Origin: Eledone cirrhosa
Lineage: Eukaryota
Assembly: GCA_964016885.1 (NCBI GenBank)
Contig: OZ024745.1
Location: forward strand, 75,702,001-75,766,000
Length of the DNA stretch: 64,000 bases
Direction of reading: 5' to 3'
Shown piece by piece: positions 56,594-64,000 of this stretch. Each line of letters begins with the position of its first letter. Position 1 is the stretch's first letter. The translations under genes were made by a program, and so were the position numbers. The notes beneath the pieces are model-generated. The model saw only the letters and a program-made list of their open reading frames with translations, did no database searches and was not told the DNA's origin.

Positions 56594-57460
56594 CTTTGTC
56601 TAGTTTGTCTATATGTAAATTTTTATATTTGATAATCTCCCATATGGTTGAGATGCAATTTAGGCAATATTAGGCTGCGCTTTCTAGCAAACAGCCCACT
56701 CGCCGTAAGGCACCAATCACATTCTTTCTGACTTGACCACTGCCACGTCACAGTTCTTAGCCATTTTGAATTCGTTTCTGGCGGGGGATCATTTAAGAAA
56801 AATCTTCGTCCAAGTGAGTTTGTTTCCTGATGAGTTCGAAGCTCGAGAATTTATCCTTGATAGGATATTTCCGAAAGCGAACAAAATCCTAAAGGGTAGA
56901 AACGTAATTCTGGTATGTGTATATGCATTTTTTCTTCTAACTTTAATTTTATACCTAATTGTGTATGGTTGACGATATATTTAATCGATTTCCACGTGCT
57001 ATTGAAATGCTGGGTAAATATTCTATAGCTGTTGGTCGTGAATAGATGGGTGTCGTTTATTTATCTATTATTTCTCCATAGGTGCCTTTTAATCTTATAG
57101 CCTGGTTTAATTGGTTTTTTGTGTGGCTGATTATGCTAATTGAGAGAGGAAATGGTGTATATATCTTATCAAATGATTCTATGGACATAATTTATAGTAT
57201 ATATATATACATACATATATATATATAAATATACATGCACATATATATATATATTCATAACATATATATTTGATATATATATATATATATATATACATGC
57301 ACATATATATATATTCATAACATATATATTTGATATATATATATATATATATATATACATGCACATATATATATATTCATAACATATATATTTGATATAT
57401 ATATATATATATACATGCACATATATATATATTCATAACATATATATTTGATATATATAT
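56213..57460. repeat. Complex rearranged block with direct and inverted duplications
   Basis: 56378-56497 matches 57081-57199. A tacatgcacatata..ttcataacatatatatttgata unit x4 at 57233-57452 is inverted relative to 56230-56275. Confidence 0.75.
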
Positions 57461-57489
57461 ATATATATATACATAATATATATATATAC

Positions 57490-57553
<64 letters not shown>

Positions 57554-57559
57554 ATATAC

Positions 57560-57675
<116 letters not shown>

Positions 57676-57705
57676 ATACATATATAAATATATATATATA
57701 TATAC

Positions 57706-57796
<91 letters not shown>

Positions 57797-57799
57797 TAA

Positions 57800-57830
<31 letters not shown>

Positions 57831-57867
57831 CACACATAAATATATATACATATATATATATATACAC

Positions 57868-57942
57868 AACGGCTATTTATGGAGTCCAGAAATAGCCGTT
57901 GAAACAGCTTGAGCTCTGCCGTCGGGGTCATACTTTTTCCTA
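57868..57942 (+). mobile_element. Family A fragment (stem II/III region)
   Basis: aacggctattt..aaatagccgtt gaaacagcttgagctctgccgtcggggtcatactttttcct|ATA. Confidence 0.75.
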
Positions 57943-58006
57943 TATATGTATATATATATATATATATATATACATATATATATTTGTGTGTGTGTGTGCA
58001 TATGTG

Positions 58007-58047
<41 letters not shown>

Positions 58048-58794
58048 ACGTATATAAAGATTTATTTTATTGGCCAATTGGGCCCAAGACACTTTGGGAC
58101 AATACAATACAAGGGCAAAAACAACACAGTGTGGGGTTTACATCGAATAAAGGAAGGGAACATCAACAGTAGGTATATCAATAATAGAAACTGTAATAAA
58201 AAGTCATGATAACAATAGAAAGCAATAACAAACATCAACTAGGATCGGTTCCCCAATAAGGGTGGGTGGAATGGGCTTTAGGGTAATTCCAGGGAAAACC
58301 CTCAGACAAAGCTCCGCATTAGTCAGTCACCTCATTTCCATTAAAGGTGCCCTCTCTCGGTTTCTTCTCTTCTGCTTAGAAAAGCATAACCATTGTAAGT
58401 TCATTCAGTTTCACAATCTCGCCGCTTTTACATATTTTTCATAAAACACACTAAAAACTAAAGAGGCAGCATCTTCCACAGGAATAGTGGTAATAATTCT
58501 TAGATCTATAAAACCATCTCTAAGATGTGTAAATATCAAATTAAACTGCCTCTGTGTGAGTATGTGTCCGTGAAACATATACATATACACCAGGTACGAA
58601 CACAGAGGAACCAAATTCCCGCTGTCACTGCCTCCATCTCTCCCGCTCTCTCCGTCTCTCACTATTAAGAGCTTATATATATATATATATATACACACAT
58701 ATATATATACATGATATAGGCACACTCTACTATCCCAAGTATTGAGTACTCTATAGAATAATGGTCTTACTGGTTTAATACTAGTTTAATCCTG

Positions 58795-58916
<122 letters not shown>

Positions 58917-59045
58917 ATAAATCTACCAAAATATACGGTTGTGTCCAATCCGTATGAAGAACTCAATGTAATCCAAATATCATGAAAAGAGAAGATGTAT
59001 TTAAAGATTTTTTCGATGAAAATCATAGGAAAACGGAGGCAAGAT

Positions 59046-59315
59046 AAATTAATAAAAACAATTAATAAAAACAAAGAAACAGTTCCTTATATTAAAAAAT
59101 ATTTAAAAATTCATCATTTTACGATCGTTTCTGAAGACAGCATATATATGTGTAGGTATGTATATTCCCTCTGATAGTTTGTAAATTTTTTACATAGATC
59201 TATATGATATACATACCAACACACACATATATATCCTAGAAACGATCGTAAAATGATGAATTTTTTAATATAAGGAACTGTTTCTTTGTTTTTATTCATT
59301 GTTTTTATTAATTTA
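59046..59315. repeat. Fold-back inverted duplication with hammerhead-like 3' half
   Basis: 59046-59132 is mirrored by 59240-59315. Arms begin GAAAC gatc GTA. No CUGANGA 5' half found. Confidence 0.65.
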
Positions 59316-59754
59316 TATATATATAACATAACATATACATATATATATATACACTCACACTTTCGTATGTATACGTTTGGATATATGTAATGTGTGTGTG
59401 CGGGTGTACGTATGTCTCCCATATGTTTCACGAGATTCTGGATCTGCCCCTGGGAAGTTCCTCTCCAAGGGGCAGATCTGATGAAAGTTTCTACAGAAGA
59501 TCTATAGTTTCTTATTCCTGGTAACCTATAACACCAGGAGTTGTCGACAGAATATAGAGCTATGCAGTTTAGGTTAAAACCTTTATTTATTGACCTACAA
59601 GAATGAAACGTCAAGCTGTGTTCCATGACAAAATCATAGCATGTTTTTTCGAACCAGGTTTAAAAAATAATAAATGATCAACTATTTTATATATGCGTGC
59701 GTACGTATTAGTGTATGTGAAGGGGTGGTTACTTCTCTGAAGACCTTCTGCTCT

Positions 59755-59820
<66 letters not shown>

Positions 59821-59821
59821 G

Positions 59822-59866
<45 letters not shown>

Positions 59867-59869
59867 ATG

Positions 59870-59924
<55 letters not shown>

Positions 59925-59943
59925 GTATATATATATGTATATA

Positions 59944-59976
<33 letters not shown>

Positions 59977-59981
59977 ATATG

Positions 59982-60568
<587 letters not shown>

Positions 60569-60869
60569 GTGTATAGGCAGTATTTATTTTCGTATTTTCG
60601 TCTTAGCCACTTATATATTCCAATATATTATCGCTCTAAACATGATTTTATTTCCATATTTGTTGAGTCATTTTCTAAAACGTTTTATGCATACAAAAAT
60701 ATAATTTCGTTATACTTCAGAAATATTTAATTCTATTATTAATATATCAGACCATTTGCAGAGTCGTTAATGCCTCTGTGTTTGCTCTGGCTACAGAGTA
60801 TTTGAGTTCTAAACCTGCTGTTGTCAACTTTACCTTTCTCCCTTTAGAGATCTAAGTCTAATTCTAAAG

Positions 60870-61107
60870 TCTGTCTCATGACAGGAGGCTCATAGGGCCG
60901 GTGCTTATCCCGGTTTCGTAGTGTGGAGCGACTTAGAGTACAAGATTCCCCCTGGACATGAGGCAAGTCAATCGCTGGGTTAAACTCCCAGCTGTTGTTT
61001 GGGTATATTGGAGCGACGTGAAATGAAGGTGTTTCGCTCAAGAACACAACACACAACTCATCCCAGGAATCGAACCCACGACATTATGATCGTAAGTCCT
61101 TACCACT
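60870..61107 (-). mobile_element. tRNA-derived SINE (type 2-related)
   Basis: Minus strand: tagtggtaaggacttacgatcataatgtcgtgggttcgattcctggg...gttcttgagcgaaacaccttcatttcacgtcgctcc. Confidence 0.7.
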
Positions 61108-61697
61108 AGAGATCCATAAATAAATTACCAATTCAGTCCTATAGTCTATTTATCTTCTCTCTGGAAGAAATCGGCTATGTTCAGGAGTGAAAGGAGATGG
61201 GTACCACCAGATTTTAAACACTCAAGCAACGCCGTATGTCAGGACGGCATCTACAATTCCATCTATTTCTATTTTCGAAAATTTGGGGTTTTTGTAAGTA
61301 TTTTACAATTGAATTTATCGATATTCGATTGCATTCGTATCTTTCTGGATATCATTTTCGGTGCAATTTGTCTATATATATGTAGTATTCTTCTCTTAAT
61401 CCGTCCTCTGCTGATAAAAATATCACGTGTGTTACAAACACGAATTAGTGTACCGAGAAAAATATATAAATATCCGTATGTTTTTATAATTTTTGTCGTA
61501 TTACATATAAGTGTGTGTGTGTGTATGAGTGTGTATGAGTGTGTGTGTTCGTGTGTGTGTGTGTGTGTATGTTGTGTGTGTGTGTGCGTATGTGTGTGCG
61601 CACGTATGTATTTACACGTATACATACTAACACACATACATACATACATACATACATGCACACATACATGCATACATACAAACATACATACACACAC

Positions 61698-61744
<47 letters not shown>

Positions 61745-62037
61745 TACATACATACATACATACATACATACATACATACATACATACATACATACATACA
61801 TACATACATACATACATACATACATTTAATACTGCCACCAGATCATTATGCTAACAACAGAAAAGTGTTTTACACAGAGAACCATTAAAGCGACAACAAA
61901 CCGTTAACAATATTCTATATTCTATTGAAATATTGAAACATCAATAAAATATCAGTTTGCAATTTCGGCAGGTGTTTCATAATGGTAGAAACAGTTCCAA
62001 TTAAAGTAAATTAAATATTTTTGAGACAGAAATAATA

Positions 62038-62206
62038 ATTATTTCTACTTTAGGCATAAGGCCAGCAATTACCCAGTACATTACTGGTACTTTATTTTAT
62101 CGACCCCGTAAGGATGAAAGACAAAATTAACCTCGGCGGGATTTGAACTCAGGCTGTAAAGGCACGTAACTATGCTAGAAAGCATGGTGTCTGACGCTCT
62201 ACCGAT
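62038..62206 (-). mobile_element. tRNA-derived SINE (type 1)
   Basis: Reverse complement of the type 1 consensus. Confidence 0.85.
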
Positions 62207-62210
62207 TTAA

Positions 62211-62241
<31 letters not shown>

Positions 62242-62593
62242 AAGAAGAGTGGTGGTGGTGGTGGGGTCTTGGTGGTAGTGGTGGTGGTGGCGGTGGTTGT
62301 TGGTAGTAGTAGTAGTGGTGGTGGTGGTCTTGGTAGTAGTGGTGATGGTGTCGGTTGTCGTTGTGGGGAGTGGTCTTGGTAGTAGTAGTGGTGGTGGTGG
62401 TCTTGGTGGTAGTTTTAACACTCAAGAGAAATAAAACAACACTGAAAACGAAGTCTATGATTAAACTCGTACTTCCCAAACTGTTATCTTAATTTCGATC
62501 AGTTGACATAATCAAATCACATCTTTTGCGCACATATACCTACATACACACATAAATATGCACGCACAAATACATATATAAATATCTATCTAT

Positions 62594-64000
62594 CTAAGGC
62601 GGGTAAAATTCCCGAGATCCATGGACGAGTTCTCTCCAGCGATCTCTGTCCCTCATTATCGCTGCCATGTCCTGCGTCTCCAACAGACCAGTGTCTGTCC
62701 TTAGGGCATCAACATATGTTAACCTTGGTCTTCCTCTTCCAGTGTGTCCATGTAGGGGCTCCCAAAGGAGCACGGAGTGCAATGTCAACTCTGGATGTCG
62801 GTGAGCATGTCCAGCCAACCTCAGTCTCCTCTGTGTCACTTTTGAGCTGACTTTTGGGAGGCTCCCATACAGCTCTGAGTTTTTCATCCTCAGTGTATAC
62901 TGATTAATGTTCAGAGCCATCCTCAGCATTCTCGTGTAGCACCCATCCACCATCTGAGTGAGTCTCTTGGTCAGTGTCCAAGTCTCAGACCCATACAGCA
63001 GCACAGACTCCACTACAGCAATGAAGAGGCGGATTTTCAGGTCTCTACGAAGGTCCGACTTCCACACCGATCTCAAGCTGTGGCACGCCGCCCAGGCCTT
63101 GCTCTTCCTCTCAACCACATCATCTTCCGTATTCCCAATCTTTGCTCCCAAATACAGGAAGTCCTCAACCAATTCCAGCGGCTTCCCGCCTACATTAGTG
63201 ATCCCCTCTGGCTTCTCAACATTCTCTACCAGATATTTTGTTTTAGTCTCATTCATTCTCAGCCCCACACTCATCGACACAGTCTCAACCTCCCGCATCA
63301 AATCCTCTGCCTCCTTCACTGTATTTGTCACCAAAACTATGTCGTCGGCAAATTCAGCATCCGATACCTTTTTCGCCCCAACTCTCCTGCTCTGAGCCGG
63401 TGCTACAGTAAAGCCAGAGTCCTGGTGTTTCTCCAGTGCAAGGCGCATACAATAGTCCACTACGATGATAAAAAGGTAGGGAGCCAATGTATCTCCCTGG
63501 AGCACTCCAGCCAGTATCTCAAAGAACTCTGTCATCCCATCAGGTGTAATGACTTGGGCTTTGGTGTTGGTGTAGAGCAGTGATATCAGGTCCACTATCC
63601 TCTTGGGGATTCCATAAGCCTGTAAGATCTTCATCAGGCAGTAACGGTCCACAGAATCAAAGGCCTTCCTAAAGTCAATGAAAACCATGACCGCAGGAAG
63701 GCACTTTGCTCTAGCTCCCTCTAATATCCTCCTCAGCATCAGGATGTGACTGGTGGTTGATCTACCCTCTCTGAAGCCGTTCTGGTTGTCCCTGAGCTTC
63801 TTCTCCATCTCAGGCTGGATCCTGTTAAGAATCATCCTGTTGAGGGTCTTTGCCACAAGTGACGTCAGTGAGATCCCTCGGTAGTTGTTGGTGTTAGAGA
63901 GATCTCCCTTCTTTGGCACTGGGACGATGTTACTGATCCTCCACTGATTCGGGGCAACTCCTTTCTCCAGTGCCCCGTTACAGAACCCCAGGATGATATC
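62594..64000 (-). CDS. Reverse transcriptase of an RTE-type non-LTR retrotransposon (3' part; ORF open at window edge)
   Basis: 469 codons (including the stop) with no internal stop. Motifs PKKGD..NYRGISL, QNGFR.GRST, FIDFRKAFDSV, GVLQGDTLAPYLF, FADD, FLYLG, LLYGSETW, RRLRLAGH, GRGRP. Stop codon runs directly into a (TAGA)n tail. Confidence 0.95.
   Translation of the reverse strand, partial: DIILGFCNGALEKGVAPNQWRISNIVPVPKKGDLSNTNNYRGISLTSLVAKTLNRMILNRIQPEMEKKLRDNQNGFREGRSTTSHILMLRRILEGARAKCLPAVMVFIDFRKAFDSVDRYCLMKILQAYGIPKRIVDLISLLYTNTKAQVITPDGMTEFFEILAGVLQGDTLAPYLFIIVVDYCMRLALEKHQDSGFTVAPAQSRRVGAKKVSDAEFADDIVLVTNTVKEAEDLMREVETVSMSVGLRMNETKTKYLVENVEKPEGITNVGGKPLELVEDFLYLGAKIGNTEDDVVERKSKAWAACHSLRSVWKSDLRRDLKIRLFIAVVESVLLYGSETWTLTKRLTQMVDGCYTRMLRMALNINQYTLRMKNSELYGSLPKVSSKVTQRRLRLAGHAHRHPELTLHSVLLWEPLHGHTGRGRPRLTYVDALRTDTGLLETQDMAAIMRDRDRWRELVHGSREFYPP

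Noticed and set aside
56820-56910. CTGATGAG...CGAAAG hammerhead-like spacing
   Set aside because: No consistent stem I or stem III pairing found.
59440-59560. GC hairpin gatctgcccct/aggggcagatc next to CTGATGA, and a minus-strand CTGTCGA...GAAAC motif
   Set aside because: The plus strand lacks a correctly placed GAAA and stems; the minus strand has a core mutation and no stem I.

Overview
This is AT-rich eukaryotic DNA saturated with microsatellites ((TA)n, (CA)n, (TACA)n, (GA)n, triplets). The repeat content suggests a cephalopod, probably Octopus, which is inference. No host protein-coding gene is supported, and almost all listed ORFs are microsatellite translations. The only solid CDS is the 3' part of an intact-looking RTE-type LINE reverse transcriptase (62594-64000, minus). 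The window also has many tRNA-derived SINEs, two non-autonomous Helitrons, mariner remnants and a MITE, decayed LINE 3' ends, a 200-N gap, and a 4.3-kb minisatellite of hairpin-containing 26-bp units. The most striking signal is a set of at least 7-8 families of short non-coding elements carrying type I hammerhead ribozymes (retrozyme or Penelope-pLTR-like). They sit mostly in (TA)n tracts. Three show more-than-unit-length tandem monomers (312, 319 and 430 bp), suggesting circular RNA templates. Most are fold-back (inverted) duplications, and in every orientable case both ribozyme-strand 3' ends face outward.
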